From sequence record OQ417966.1: a stretch of DNA of 64,000 nucleotides; one strand, given 5' to 3'. This DNA is from Mycobacterium phage prophiT36-1. Shown one piece after another: positions 38,965-50,092 of this stretch. Numbering within the stretch: position 1 is the first letter of the stretch; the number at the start of each line of letters is the position of its first letter. Below the pieces are notes generated by a model. It was given only the letters and a program-made list of their open reading frames with translations, was not told the origin of the DNA and ran no database searches. Position numbers and translations under genes: made by a program.

Positions 38965-41900
38965 GTGCGTGGGAGCGGTGCCCGCCATGAATGGACAGCG
39001 CCGGCATCTGATCGGGACCGTTCGAGCGCGACTTACGTGGGGAGAGGTTACGTGGCCGACAGCCAGGCACTTCGGAAAGTTCGGTATGCAGACAAGTTCC
39101 GGGGCTATCAGGGCCAGGCTATTGCTATGGCCCGGAAGTATCGGCGCAGCTTCCACGACGAGGACGGCGCGCAGGGGCTTGATGCCGCATTGGTTTACCA
39201 CCCCACGGGTACGGGCAAGACAGCCGTCATTGCCGGTCTAACGCACGCGGCACACGAAATCGGCAATGTCCTGGTGCTGACCACACGCGAAGTCATACGT
39301 GATCAACTGGTGCGCGAGCTCAGCGGTGGCCTCTTCATTGACGAGAACAAGTTCGCGCTGCCCATGCGCCACAAACTTTCTAAGGTCTGCTTCGCGGTGG
39401 CCGAGTCCCGCCAATTACTCGGCACAGCATTAGCGTTGCATGCGGCGACGCGAAAACGCATCCCCGACCAGGTGGTCCGGGAGTTCAGTCAGCGGCAGTT
39501 CGAGCGGCTTGCACCCGAGCCCGACATCGACATCGTGAGCCACTTGCATGAACAGAACTCTGTTCTCATTCTCACCGTCCAAATGCTGGCCCGCTTGCAC
39601 CGAGGCCGCACCGGGCAGTCACCGATATACGACGTCTTGCGTCAACACGTAGACCTGGTCGTCTTCGACGAAGGACACTACGAACCTGCACCGCGCTACA
39701 GCGAGGCAGTGCGGGATCTAGGGCGCCCTACTGTGCTGTTGACCGCTACCCCTTTCCGTAACGACCTGAAAGCTTTTCGCATCACACCCGAGCATGTCGA
39801 CATTTATCGATTCACCCAGGCGGTGCAGCAGCAGCACATCAGAGAAGTCCAGATCGTGCAGCGCACACCGACACGTGACCCGGACAAGTTCTGCGCCGAT
39901 GTTCTCGATTTCTGCACATCGGTGTGGGGACCCGATCCAGGGCAGTGGACCCGCCGGATCATTATTCGCTGCGACGATGTCGAGTGCGTAACACGCCTTG
40001 GCGAAGCATTCATAGCCCATGGCTTCAAGGACCGAGTCATCGGCATCCATGACCGCTACACCAACCCTGGGCAAGGCGACGGGCAGCCATGGCAATACCG
40101 CACAGTCCCAGCGCCGTCGGAAACCCAAGCACTAGTATGGATTCACCAGCATAAACTGCTAGAGGGCGTCGATGATCATCGCTTCCAGATTCTGGCTTTC
40201 TTCAACCCACCGACCAATGTGCGCGCCATTGTCCAACAAATCGGCCGAGTCGTAAGGACCAAGCCTGGTGGCCAAGACGCAGGCAACGCATACGTTTTGG
40301 ACTATTTCGCCGGGCGCATCGCTAGATACTGGAGTCTATATCGCGGGTATGACGCTGCAGCCACGCCCGAGGCAGTCACTATGACCGCATCACGGTTCTA
40401 CCTCACGAGATTCACCGCTGCACTGCCGCAGTTCGATTACATCGACCAAAAGTTTCGCCAGCGGCTCGATCTGTTCGACCACGACCAGCAAGCCCAGCTC
40501 ACTGACACCATCGCCGACGAGATCTTCTTCAAGCGCACTGTGGCACTTAGACAGATACCAAACACCCTGACGATCCAGGACGTTGTCCCGCTTCTCGAGA
40601 TCGCCCTTAAGGAAGGCGATTACGAGTACCAGCGATTCGATGTGTCGAAGATATGCCCCAATACCGCTCTATTCCTGTGTTCCCGGGTGAACAATGTCGA
40701 CTTTCTCAACACTTACTTCTTCCCCGAGCCGCACCTAGAAGCCCGGCTCGTGATGCTCTTCCCAGAACACGCACTGCTGGCCTCGACAAGTACAGCAGGC
40801 GCATCGGTCAAAGATGGACTAGGGATTCTTGCGCGGTACGATCCGACCCGACTTGAGCGACTCCTATTGCCGGGCAACGATAACCGGGGACGCATCACCA
40901 GCGTTTCCTCTAAGAACATGAACCTCAGTAGCCGGGCAGTGCGCGGTCGGGTCGTCTACGCAGCATCCATGGCTGACATCCCGGCAGCCCTCGATGAGCA
41001 CGGCCATGTCGTCTCCACGGTCACCGGCTACAACGGCTCGGCTCCACAGGTCATAGACCACCTCGAATACCAAGTAAGTGTGTTGGCCGATGAACTTGCC
41101 AGATCAGGGGCGACCACCGAAGGGCCTGGCACTGGTGCAACCCTTGTGCGCCGTTACGTGGGCATCGCAAGCGGTCACGTGACTGAGTACCTTCCACCAC
41201 TGCGCATCAAGGCATTCCGTACTTGGGTGCAATCACTGGCGAACCAGATGGATGACCCCGCACGCTATGACCGAGTCTTTAGTCGCTACGCCGAGCTCGC
41301 GGTAGGCGAGACGGTCTCGGGCGCAGCCCAGAACCTGCTATTGGACTTCACCGAGCTCACCGAGCTCTACCGGCACCGCCTCACCGGCCAATGCGTTATC
41401 AGCGATGATGTGTGCGCCGACAGATTAGGCGATCCATACGGTACACCCGAACAGCCTGCGGCACAGTTCATCATGACGATAAATGACACCCCATACACAA
41501 TAGCCGCCACCTTCAACACCTCGTCCAAGCGGTACCGCATCGAGTGCCCGGCGCTCGACTATGACTTCATCCCGATCGATGACCGCGACGGCTCGTTGAT
41601 ACGTGCGATAAACCAGATGCAGGCTTTCACGGTGGTCCCAGAGGACCGAGATCGCATCTACGCGCACGGGAGCTTCTATGCGCCGTCCCTGAAGTTCGGG
41701 CCAGACCGATTTAACCCCAACGGTTTCCCTATCGGACACCTGCTTTACCCCTCGCAACAGTTCAAGTCTAAAGAGACAGAAAAAGGGGATAAAGTCATTG
41801 GCGGCAACCGTTACCAGACACACAGCCTGTTCGGCCTGATCGACAGCTGGAAGTCAGGTTTCGATACCGCAGAACTCGATCTCGACCCTCACTGGGTGCG

Positions 41901-42450
41901 GCGCAGTGGCTATGTCCCTGAATCGCTCTCGTTTTCACCCACTGCGCTCATCGTGGACGACATGGGTTGCGAATGCGCCGATTTTATTATTGCCGACACG
42001 CTCGGGCGGCGGGTTGTGCTGATTCATGGCAAGGCATCCGAGACGTGGCGCCCGTATTCGGCCTCAGCTCTGCAGGAGATCTGTGCGCAGGCTCAAAAGA
42101 ACACAGCGCTGTTCTCCTCGCGTGAGCCCCGCATGCCGCCAAACATCACCTTGTGGGACAAGGCACACAACTTCAACAACCTGTCGGTAGCTAAACGAAT
42201 CCGGAAGCCGAACAGAGATACGGCGGAGAGGATTTGGCACGACCAACTGGCGCCGCTGTTAGCCAACCCACTCACTTCGCGCGAGATCTGGCTGGTGCTT
42301 GGCAACATGCTGTCGGCCTCAGAGATCATCGCGCAACTAAAGACTGACCGGCCTGCCGCCGAAGTCCTACAGCTAACGCAACTACTGCACACCACAATGG
42401 AAGCCGCACGCGGCGTAGCAGCAAATCTGCGAATCTTCTGTTCGCCATAG
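38965..42450 (+). CDS. SF2 helicase with large unknown C-terminal region (copy 2)
   Basis: Identical to 16197-19682. Confidence 0.75.
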   Translation: MRGSGARHEWTAPASDRDRSSATYVGRGYVADSQALRKVRYADKFRGYQGQAIAMARKYRRSFHDEDGAQGLDAALVYHPTGTGKTAVIAGLTHAAHEIGNVLVLTTREVIRDQLVRELSGGLFIDENKFALPMRHKLSKVCFAVAESRQLLGTALALHAATRKRIPDQVVREFSQRQFERLAPEPDIDIVSHLHEQNSVLILTVQMLARLHRGRTGQSPIYDVLRQHVDLVVFDEGHYEPAPRYSEAVRDLGRPTVLLTATPFRNDLKAFRITPEHVDIYRFTQAVQQQHIREVQIVQRTPTRDPDKFCADVLDFCTSVWGPDPGQWTRRIIIRCDDVECVTRLGEAFIAHGFKDRVIGIHDRYTNPGQGDGQPWQYRTVPAPSETQALVWIHQHKLLEGVDDHRFQILAFFNPPTNVRAIVQQIGRVVRTKPGGQDAGNAYVLDYFAGRIARYWSLYRGYDAAATPEAVTMTASRFYLTRFTAALPQFDYIDQKFRQRLDLFDHDQQAQLTDTIADEIFFKRTVALRQIPNTLTIQDVVPLLEIALKEGDYEYQRFDVSKICPNTALFLCSRVNNVDFLNTYFFPEPHLEARLVMLFPEHALLASTSTAGASVKDGLGILARYDPTRLERLLLPGNDNRGRITSVSSKNMNLSSRAVRGRVVYAASMADIPAALDEHGHVVSTVTGYNGSAPQVIDHLEYQVSVLADELARSGATTEGPGTGATLVRRYVGIASGHVTEYLPPLRIKAFRTWVQSLANQMDDPARYDRVFSRYAELAVGETVSGAAQNLLLDFTELTELYRHRLTGQCVISDDVCADRLGDPYGTPEQPAAQFIMTINDTPYTIAATFNTSSKRYRIECPALDYDFIPIDDRDGSLIRAINQMQAFTVVPEDRDRIYAHGSFYAPSLKFGPDRFNPNGFPIGHLLYPSQQFKSKETEKGDKVIGGNRYQTHSLFGLIDSWKSGFDTAELDLDPHWVRRSGYVPESLSFSPTALIVDDMGCECADFIIADTLGRRVVLIHGKASETWRPYSASALQEICAQAQKNTALFSSREPRMPPNITLWDKAHNFNNLSVAKRIRKPNRDTAERIWHDQLAPLLANPLTSREIWLVLGNMLSASEIIAQLKTDRPAAEVLQLTQLLHTTMEAARGVAANLRIFCSP

Positions 42451-42486
42451 TTGTTGCTACAGAGTATAAATCAAGATCTGCCGGAC

Positions 42487-42744
42487 TCAGTGGTCGGCGA
42501 AGAAGTCGCCCGCTGAAGCATCCAACGCCTCCGCAATGTCGACGAGGCGTTCATACAGAAGTCCCCGGCGGCCGTGCTCGACGTCAATGAGTACGTTGCG
42601 AGTCACACCCGACGCCAACGCGAGCGCCTCTTGAGTCAGGCCCCGCGCAAGACGCAACGCGCGGATGCGGGCGCCGACCGCCTGCCGAGTATGTTCCCAG
42701 GCAATCACACGCTCGGGATCGTTCTGCTGAGGGCGGGTAGGCAT
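42487..42744 (-). CDS. XRE-family HTH regulator (copy 2)
   Basis: Identical to 19719-19976. Confidence 0.75.
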   Translation of the reverse strand: MPTRPQQNDPERVIAWEHTRQAVGARIRALRLARGLTQEALALASGVTRNVLIDVEHGRRGLLYERLVDIAEALDASAGDFFADH

Positions 42745-42754
42745 TAACCCAGTT

Positions 42755-43495
42755 ATGGAGCGCCCGTACCAAAAGTCTGCCCTACTAGTAGTACATTGCT
42801 GTGTTGTGTTTGAATTCGATCCCGAAGATGCGTCTGTAGAGACTGTTTCGGCACTGGCCCTGGATGCGATGGACGAGCTGCGCAGGAAGTTGATCGAATG
42901 CCTTCTGGTGTTGCAAACGTTGTCTGATGAAGCTGATCTGAATTTCGTCGATCTAATTAGCGATCTGCAGGCCGTTCACCGAGGTACTCAAGAGGCGTAT
43001 CGAGCAGCTAGTCTGGTGCATCAGGGTGCTCAGCTAGACGGCCGATGGGGTAACAGTTTGTCCAAGCCCAAAGCCGTTTTCGCTCGCCATAATTCAGCAG
43101 TGCGTCGCGGCGCCAAAAAGGTAATCCCGATGTCGGCACCATCTGACCTGGTGGAGCAGAGTTTGTATCACTTGCCCAAGCCCGACCGCGTTCAAGCAAC
43201 CGTGGGTGACCGGCCCCAATGCGCGGGCACCGTTCGTTCCACAGGTGAAAGCTGTGCCAGCTCCGCCATGTATCTGGGTTCGGGAGCATTTGCAGCGCAC
43301 TGTTATTCGCACGCTACTCCCGCTGAACGTGAGCGGTACAGGGTCTATCACAAGGAGATTGATGCGCGACGTGCGCGCACATATGACGATTTGCGCGAGC
43401 GTCAGTGGGCGGTCGGTCGCGAGATTCTCGCTCACTGGATCTCTAGTCGCGAACATGGCATCGAGTGGCTTGAGAAAGCTATCGCTGAAGTTTAG
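42755..43495 (+). CDS. hypothetical Cys/His-cluster protein (copy 2)
   Basis: Identical to 19987-20727. Confidence 0.5.
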   Translation: MERPYQKSALLVVHCCVVFEFDPEDASVETVSALALDAMDELRRKLIECLLVLQTLSDEADLNFVDLISDLQAVHRGTQEAYRAASLVHQGAQLDGRWGNSLSKPKAVFARHNSAVRRGAKKVIPMSAPSDLVEQSLYHLPKPDRVQATVGDRPQCAGTVRSTGESCASSAMYLGSGAFAAHCYSHATPAERERYRVYHKEIDARRARTYDDLRERQWAVGREILAHWISSREHGIEWLEKAIAEV

Positions 43496-43852
43496 AAGCG
43501 CAGGGCGTTTTACTGCTCCTTCACGAGCGCACGGGCAGGAGTCACAACGATTCCGTCAGCCAATCGGACCGCGAGTGGGCTACGCCACGTAGAGCGAAGA
43601 TCATTTACACAGATTGGGCATCTAAGTCTTTGCCCTGCGATGAAATGCTCGTTGTTTCGGACGACGCGCACCCATGACGGAAGCTGCCGACAGGATGCCT
43701 ACCCTTGGCCGAACGAAACATTGAGGCAGTCCTGCAAGCGCAGCGAGGACGGTCGGCGGGCCTCCAGTGTGCGGGCAGGACATCACGGTGATCTTGCGGG
43801 CTGTTGGGCTGGCCCGCTCTGCCTCGACGGCCCGTAAGGGCACGTAATTCGT

Positions 43853-45625
43853 TTGCTCTTTACGGGCGGTCGCGTAGCTTTGTTTTGTGTTCCTTTCCAT
43901 CCGGGGCCATTGGCTTGCCGCTTTACGTATCTTGGACCGTTGGTGAAGCTGCGGCGCCTGACGCGGCGCGAAACAAACGAGAGCCTGCGCCGGCGATGGG
44001 CATTTTTTCAGGCGCATCTTCGCGACGAATTTGTCCACTCCGCACAAGGCGAGCAGGTACTCAAGTACGCCTTTGAGTTGCGCCGGGTTAATCGGCCAGA
44101 TACTGATGTCGAACATTTCAAGGCGGTGGTCGCTGCCGAGCGTGACGTGTGCGAGGCGCGGGCACGAGCAGCTCTAGACCGGGTGAACCCGGCCAGTGTT
44201 CTGGTGCTGGGGGTGATTCTTGAGCGCGCCGGTCAATCGCGTTACCGGCAGTTCCTGGGCGCGTTTGGGATGTCGCGGCTCGTATGGTTGATCGGAGCGG
44301 CCGGCGGGGGCACTGGACCTCTCGGTGAAGGTATTCGAGAGTTCTTCGATTGTGCAGTGCCCTGGTTAGCTGTTACCGCATTGGAAAGTGAGCTGTGGTG
44401 GCAGCCCACGGGACGTGACCCTGATGATGCGACCGTGACAGCGGTTGGTTCGCGCATGGTCAATGCGCATACCCGCCTGTGGTGGGGCTCGTTGATGGTC
44501 GCGCGCTCACTGCTGCGGCAGGCACGCCGACCCGAGTTACCCGAAACGATCGTCCCGGAGCTGGTGCAGTATCTCGTCGCAGCCAACGGGGCCAACCTGC
44601 GCGAGCGCGCAGAATTCATTCTGCCGCCGCTGAGCACTCAGGCCCGCACATTTGCGACCGCATGTTCAGTGCGGGCCGGTCAGTACGCGGGCCGTCGGCT
44701 CGATGACCTGGTCAATACCCGCATTGACGGTGAGAGCTCGGGTGGGCAACCGTGCGAGACTTACCCGTTCATTCTCGTAGGTGAGCAGCTCGTGCCGGCC
44801 ACGATCTATGTCTTGCGCGGCAGCCTGCACGTTATGTTCGTGGACTACCTGCGTAGAACGCTCAAAGACGAAGGCTCCCAAATCTTTGAGCGCACGTGCG
44901 GGGACCTGATCCGTGAGCTGCTGGGCACGGACGGTGAAATGCTCACCGACGTCAATATTCGGATATCCCATGCGGAACGAAAACATAAGGGCCAAACTGA
45001 TTTCGCGGCACTTTGGCAATCAGTCCTGCTTATCGGGGAGGTTAAGGCTGCGTTGGAGCCGGTCTTGCCACGTAAATCTGGGGCGTCCTATGACCGTGAC
45101 GTGGGTAAAGCATTCACGCAGCTCAATGAGCGATTGGCCGCCGCAGCTGCCGGAAGCTCGGTGTCGGCGGCCGGTCGGATGGTTAAGGCCGAAGAATATT
45201 CACAAGTGCGAGGACTTGGGGTGGTGATGCACGATTTCGGCGGCGAGATCTGGCGGCATAGAGCACATGGCGGGAAGTTCAAAGACTCTGCAAGACTGCC
45301 GATTATTACGGTCCAGGACCTCGCAGTGATCGCTCACACATTGAGCGGGATGGATGAGTTTCTCCGGTACCTGGACTTCCGTCAGCAGCTCCTGGGGGCA
45401 GGTGTGCGGGCTATGGAGGAGTTCGACATTCTCGCCGGTTTCCTGGCGCGAGGCCCGGGCCCGGGTCAGCAGCTTACTCGTGCGCAGAGGCGTGCGACAC
45501 GAAATGGCAAAGGGCACATCAGGCTTGCGGCCCGCGCTGTTCCCTTGTCTTTGCAGCATGTCTTCGAGCCGCCGGTGGATAAAGCTGGCTGGCGTCAGAT
45601 CGTCGCCGGAATGCCCAGGGTCTGA
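43853..45625 (+). CDS. hypothetical protein with PD-(D/E)xK-like motif (copy 2)
   Basis: Identical to 21085-22857. Confidence 0.5.
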   Translation: MLFTGGRVALFCVPFHPGPLACRFTYLGPLVKLRRLTRRETNESLRRRWAFFQAHLRDEFVHSAQGEQVLKYAFELRRVNRPDTDVEHFKAVVAAERDVCEARARAALDRVNPASVLVLGVILERAGQSRYRQFLGAFGMSRLVWLIGAAGGGTGPLGEGIREFFDCAVPWLAVTALESELWWQPTGRDPDDATVTAVGSRMVNAHTRLWWGSLMVARSLLRQARRPELPETIVPELVQYLVAANGANLRERAEFILPPLSTQARTFATACSVRAGQYAGRRLDDLVNTRIDGESSGGQPCETYPFILVGEQLVPATIYVLRGSLHVMFVDYLRRTLKDEGSQIFERTCGDLIRELLGTDGEMLTDVNIRISHAERKHKGQTDFAALWQSVLLIGEVKAALEPVLPRKSGASYDRDVGKAFTQLNERLAAAAAGSSVSAAGRMVKAEEYSQVRGLGVVMHDFGGEIWRHRAHGGKFKDSARLPIITVQDLAVIAHTLSGMDEFLRYLDFRQQLLGAGVRAMEEFDILAGFLARGPGPGQQLTRAQRRATRNGKGHIRLAARAVPLSLQHVFEPPVDKAGWRQIVAGMPRV

Positions 45626-45995
45626 ACTCGCCGCAGGACCCGGGAACGGCCGACCTCCGCTAAGCCTGCCTGCCCAGTGCATCGGTGGGTCGGTAGTGGT
45701 TTGGGACTGTGTCTGATTGCCAGCCATTCGGATTGGGCGAGCTATGCCTGACAGTTCGCACCTGACTCTCGCTGTCAGTTGTCGCCCACATACCGCTCCA
45801 ACGCTATCCAGACTGGTCCTGGCACTTCCGAAGTAGCGACGTACTGTGATCTTTCAGTTCAGAACAGTGTTTACGCGGGGGTCCTTCGCGGCAGCTCCTC
45901 GCAAAGTCGGCGGCCGGTAGATATTGTGTCGCACTGCGACAACAATCAGATTCAGATCCCACCGTCTACCTGTCGCGTCTAACTGAGGGGGTTCC

Positions 45996-47801
45996 ATGAC
46001 GGCTGAGCCAGCACCGCTCGGCGAAGGCATCGCCGAGCACTTCGGGTTTGCTATTGCGGGGGTCAGAGTCGGTGATGGTGAGATGCTCGACTTGCCTGGA
46101 GCGGGGAGCGTCATAGCTGTTGTGGGGGCGAACAATGCCGGAAAGTCCACGTTCCTACGTCAATTGCAGGAGATCTTGGCGTGGCACGGACTCACCAAGG
46201 AAATGACGCCCCGCGTTGTTACGGAAATCGCGGAGCCATGGGTTGGTTCGGTCGAAGATTTCACCGCGTGGCTGATCGCTAACGCCCAGATTGACGAGCA
46301 CACGGGTCTAAGGAATGTGACCCGCAACGGCACTCACCCGCAAATACCGTTGCAGAACACTGCCTCGATCCGGAACCAACCCACACCTGGCGCTGTCCTG
46401 CACTGGTTTGTCGGCAATCATCAGCCAGGCGACCGGCAACACGCCTGTTCGATGTCAGGTAGAGCTGACCCGGCAGGATTACCCCCACAGACACCCATGC
46501 AGGCCCTGTTCGCAGACATACCGAAACGCAAAAAGGTGATTGACCTCGCTGCCCGCTTGTTCGGCGTTCAACTGCACTTCGATACCGTCAGTGCGTCTAT
46601 CGGCTTCCGTATCGGCAAACCCGACTTGCCGGCGCCAAACGTTAACGAGATAGACGCTCAGTATGCTCGCGCGGTTGGAAAACTGCCACCTCTGATCGAA
46701 CAAGGTGACGGCATCAAGTCAGCGCTCGGCCTCTTGATCCCTCTGATTACCAACGCGAACCCGCTGTCGATCGTGGACGAACCCGAGGCCTTCCTCCACC
46801 CACCGCAGGCAGAGCTTCTCGGCTTCGAGATAGGGAAAATTGCTCGGGACAACAGATCCCAGGTTGTCCTCGCGACTCACGACAAGAATCTTCTGCAGGG
46901 GATCGCGAGGAGTGGAGCCCCCGTATCGATTATTCACTTACAGCGAGCTGGAGACACCACGACGGCTATTCGTCTCGGGGCCGAAGATATCGAAGACCTC
47001 TGGAAAGATGTGACCCTTCGGTATGGCAATGCGCTCGACAGCCTATTTCATCGCGCGGTCGTCATCACCGAAGGTGATCGGGATTCGCACTTTTTTCGTG
47101 CGGCGATTGATGCGGTTCATGAGGGCATACACCCGCAGCCTCCCGCACACAACCTGATGTTTCTAAGCAGCTATGGCAAGCAGAACATGGCGCACATCGT
47201 CGAACGTCTTCGAAAGCTGGGCGTACGGGTCGTCACATCTCCCGACCTCGACATTCTCAACAACGAAACGCTGCTGCGCCGGCTCGTTGTTGCCCACGGC
47301 GGCGACTGGAACTCGATCATGCAGCTTTACAAGCAGGCAACGAACGAATTCCTCGGTCCTGCAAAGCCTCCCACGATCGACGACGTACGCACAAAGATTG
47401 ATGACGCCCTGAGTAAATCGACCGATGGCGTCTTGGACAGGCCTTTAGCTCAGGCGCTAGCTGTGGCCGTTGCGCTCCCAACAACAAACTGGGGCAAGCT
47501 AAAAGAGGCCGGCACCCGGGCATTTAATGCAGACAAGAAATCGGCGACTGAACTTCTGGATGCTCTGGACGCGATCGGCATCGTTGCCGTCAAGGTCGGG
47601 GAGCTGGAAAAGTTTGTAACAAACGCTAACCCGCCAAAAGGCCCCGAGTTCCTCCCTGTCGCCTTCGCTGCGGGAGCGCACATCGCGCCGGAGGCAGGGG
47701 AACATGCAAATCGGCTATTGATAGCAGCCGGAATCACGGTTCCAGAGACGCGCCCTGTTCACGATCAATGCTTGCCCGCATGCGCCCAGACCTCAGGCTG
47801 A
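45996..47801 (+). CDS. OLD-family ABC-ATPase/TOPRIM nuclease (copy 2)
   Basis: Identical to 23228-25033. Confidence 0.8.
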   Translation: MTAEPAPLGEGIAEHFGFAIAGVRVGDGEMLDLPGAGSVIAVVGANNAGKSTFLRQLQEILAWHGLTKEMTPRVVTEIAEPWVGSVEDFTAWLIANAQIDEHTGLRNVTRNGTHPQIPLQNTASIRNQPTPGAVLHWFVGNHQPGDRQHACSMSGRADPAGLPPQTPMQALFADIPKRKKVIDLAARLFGVQLHFDTVSASIGFRIGKPDLPAPNVNEIDAQYARAVGKLPPLIEQGDGIKSALGLLIPLITNANPLSIVDEPEAFLHPPQAELLGFEIGKIARDNRSQVVLATHDKNLLQGIARSGAPVSIIHLQRAGDTTTAIRLGAEDIEDLWKDVTLRYGNALDSLFHRAVVITEGDRDSHFFRAAIDAVHEGIHPQPPAHNLMFLSSYGKQNMAHIVERLRKLGVRVVTSPDLDILNNETLLRRLVVAHGGDWNSIMQLYKQATNEFLGPAKPPTIDDVRTKIDDALSKSTDGVLDRPLAQALAVAVALPTTNWGKLKEAGTRAFNADKKSATELLDALDAIGIVAVKVGELEKFVTNANPPKGPEFLPVAFAAGAHIAPEAGEHANRLLIAAGITVPETRPVHDQCLPACAQTSG

Positions 47802-48220
47802 TACGACCGCGACGCCGGCTACTGACCTTGCGGACGTGCTCAATACAAGTGCTCAGTTGCGCGCGGAGCTAATCTGCAGTTGGGTCAGGTATGTACTCGA
47901 TTGTCGCTTATGGTGGTTGGCGAGTGGTATTGAATCGTGGGGGACAGGGTTATCTTTAGGCATGTACTTGTCGGTGTATATGGCTGGTGCTAACGGATTT
48001 CAGCGCTGTGAATGTTTTATTCGGCCGAGCATCTCAGCCTTCGGGGCAAGCGATCAGTTTCTCCACGGCTGCTGGTCGAACCTCGACATGGATTCGTCTG
48101 AGGCCTGCAACAGGTGGCACTAACCCGACCTCTATCCATGCGGATACTTAATCGACATCCGCGAGAGCGGCACCCTGTTCGCGCGACCCCAACTGGCGTT
48201 CCTACCCAGCTACGGGCATA

Positions 48221-49015
48221 TTGCTGCCAAATCTGTTGGTAAACACCAGTTTACGGCTTTCGCCGTATACACCAATTCTCGTGCGAAGAGACGCATCTGA
48301 AGCGCTCCCAGCCTCTCCGGTCGCAGGAAAGAAAATACTCTGGCCGATACGTGGTTCGATTATGCCCATGCATGGTTTCCCTTTGGCCCCAGGCTCTTTG
48401 GGCTACAAGCGCTGCCACCTCACCGTCGGGGGAGAGTTTCGACTGTCACAGACTGATTGTTGCGATGCCGGCCAAGACGAGTTGTTCGGCGTCCTCGACG
48501 ACCGATCAGCTGTGGTGTTCATCCACCCAAACGCGCTTCCCGCTGCGCCACCTGACGGCGTACCGCCGTTCGCGGTCGACTTCCTGCTGGACACCACTCG
48601 CGCGGCCTACCTGTTAGTGCATAACGGCATTCGTGCGCGGTTTCCGAATACCCATTTCATACTCAGCCACGGCGGGGGCTTCGTGCCTTACGCCTCCCAC
48701 CGGATGGCATTCTCGCTCGAATTGGAAACCGGTAACCCCGCTGAGGAGATGCTGGCATTGTTGTCGAGCTTCTATTTCGACACGGCCGTGACGTCCAGCC
48801 CTGCATCCTTGCCGAGCCTGCTGGCCTTCGCCGACTCCGGCCATGTCGTCTACGGATCGGATTGGCCCTTCCTACCTGCCGACGCCGCTAGGAGGTTCAC
48901 CGGTAATCTGGGTCGTTACCTTGGATTAGATGATCGGGCCCGCGCCGCAATCGATCGCGGCAACGCCGAAAAGATCTGGGGAACACCGCCGCCAACCCGT
49001 GACGAGGTCGGCTAG
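48221..49015 (+). pseudogene. amidohydrolase-2 gene remnant (copy 2)
   Basis: Identical to 25453-26247. Confidence 0.45.
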
Positions 49016-49588
49016 TCGGCGGGCAGGCGCTGTGGCCGACAAGGATCGGGCCAACAAGCAACCGCCAACATCAGGGCGCTCTCAGAGTATCGCGATCGCG
49101 CCATCCACCTGTACAACGCCCAGGGTCTTGGCGCGCGTTCGTGCTGGTCGTAGCTTCCGTCGGGATGGATGAGAGGTCAGGCGCACCCCAAGCCGATCAG
49201 CACTCGATTGCCGTTGTTCGCCGGTATTCTGGGGTAGGTTGCGGCGTCCGTATTCCGTCTGGCTGATTCATGAAAACCCGCTTGCTTGCATCAGGTTTTG
49301 AAGATTGAGACGAACCGCCGAGGGACCGAGCAGAGGCTGCTGAACTACTAGGTGCTGCCCCCCGGTGAATTCGCCCGTCGACCGGTTGACTGTCAGCGCC
49401 CGGTGCGCCTTCCCCGAGCAATAGACATCCAGAGCAGCGGAGCCGAGTTAGCGCTTGTAGTGGCAAGCAATTACCCCTTCAGAATCGAACTCTGAGCGAG
49501 CTATGTTTGCGAGCCAGCACCGAACGCCGCTCGACCGCGATCGGCACATAGTGCCCGGCCATCGGCCGGGCTGCGAGATGATTGATCT

Positions 49589-49939
49589 ATGCGGTACATC
49601 AAGCGAACCAACACTGTGGAACTGACGGCTCGAAACGTCACCGCGCTGCTCGCCAAGCTCGACGACAGACTTTCCGCTCGTACACTGATTTCACCTGACG
49701 ACGACTTCGTCGTGCGAGCCATAGAGAACAACGTCAGCCTCGACAGTGCCGAGCCGCCAAAGGCGGTCCCTGTCCATACAACGGTGACGCTTACCCGCGA
49801 CGACCTGTGGTACCTGACCACGCCGGGCGCGACGCTTACCCACGGCGCATTTACGTTGCGGTCTGTTACGGACGAAGCGCACTACAGCGATCGCGCCCCT
49901 GGAGCTGTCTACATGCCCGAGTCCGGGGTTCAGTGGTAG
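49589..49939 (+). CDS. hypothetical small protein (copy 2)
   Basis: Identical to 26821-27171. Confidence 0.4.
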   Translation: MRYIKRTNTVELTARNVTALLAKLDDRLSARTLISPDDDFVVRAIENNVSLDSAEPPKAVPVHTTVTLTRDDLWYLTTPGATLTHGAFTLRSVTDEAHYSDRAPGAVYMPESGVQW

Positions 49940-50092
49940 CAAATACCGTATGACGACGACCGTCCCACGAGCTCCGGAAGGGCACTCCCCTCCCGCCGCG
50001 AGGCTGCGAGCAGCCGCACCATACATCGCGGGTGTTGACCAAACCAGTTGGTGAACTCGAGCTAGTAGCAACCCAGGTCCCGACAGACGATC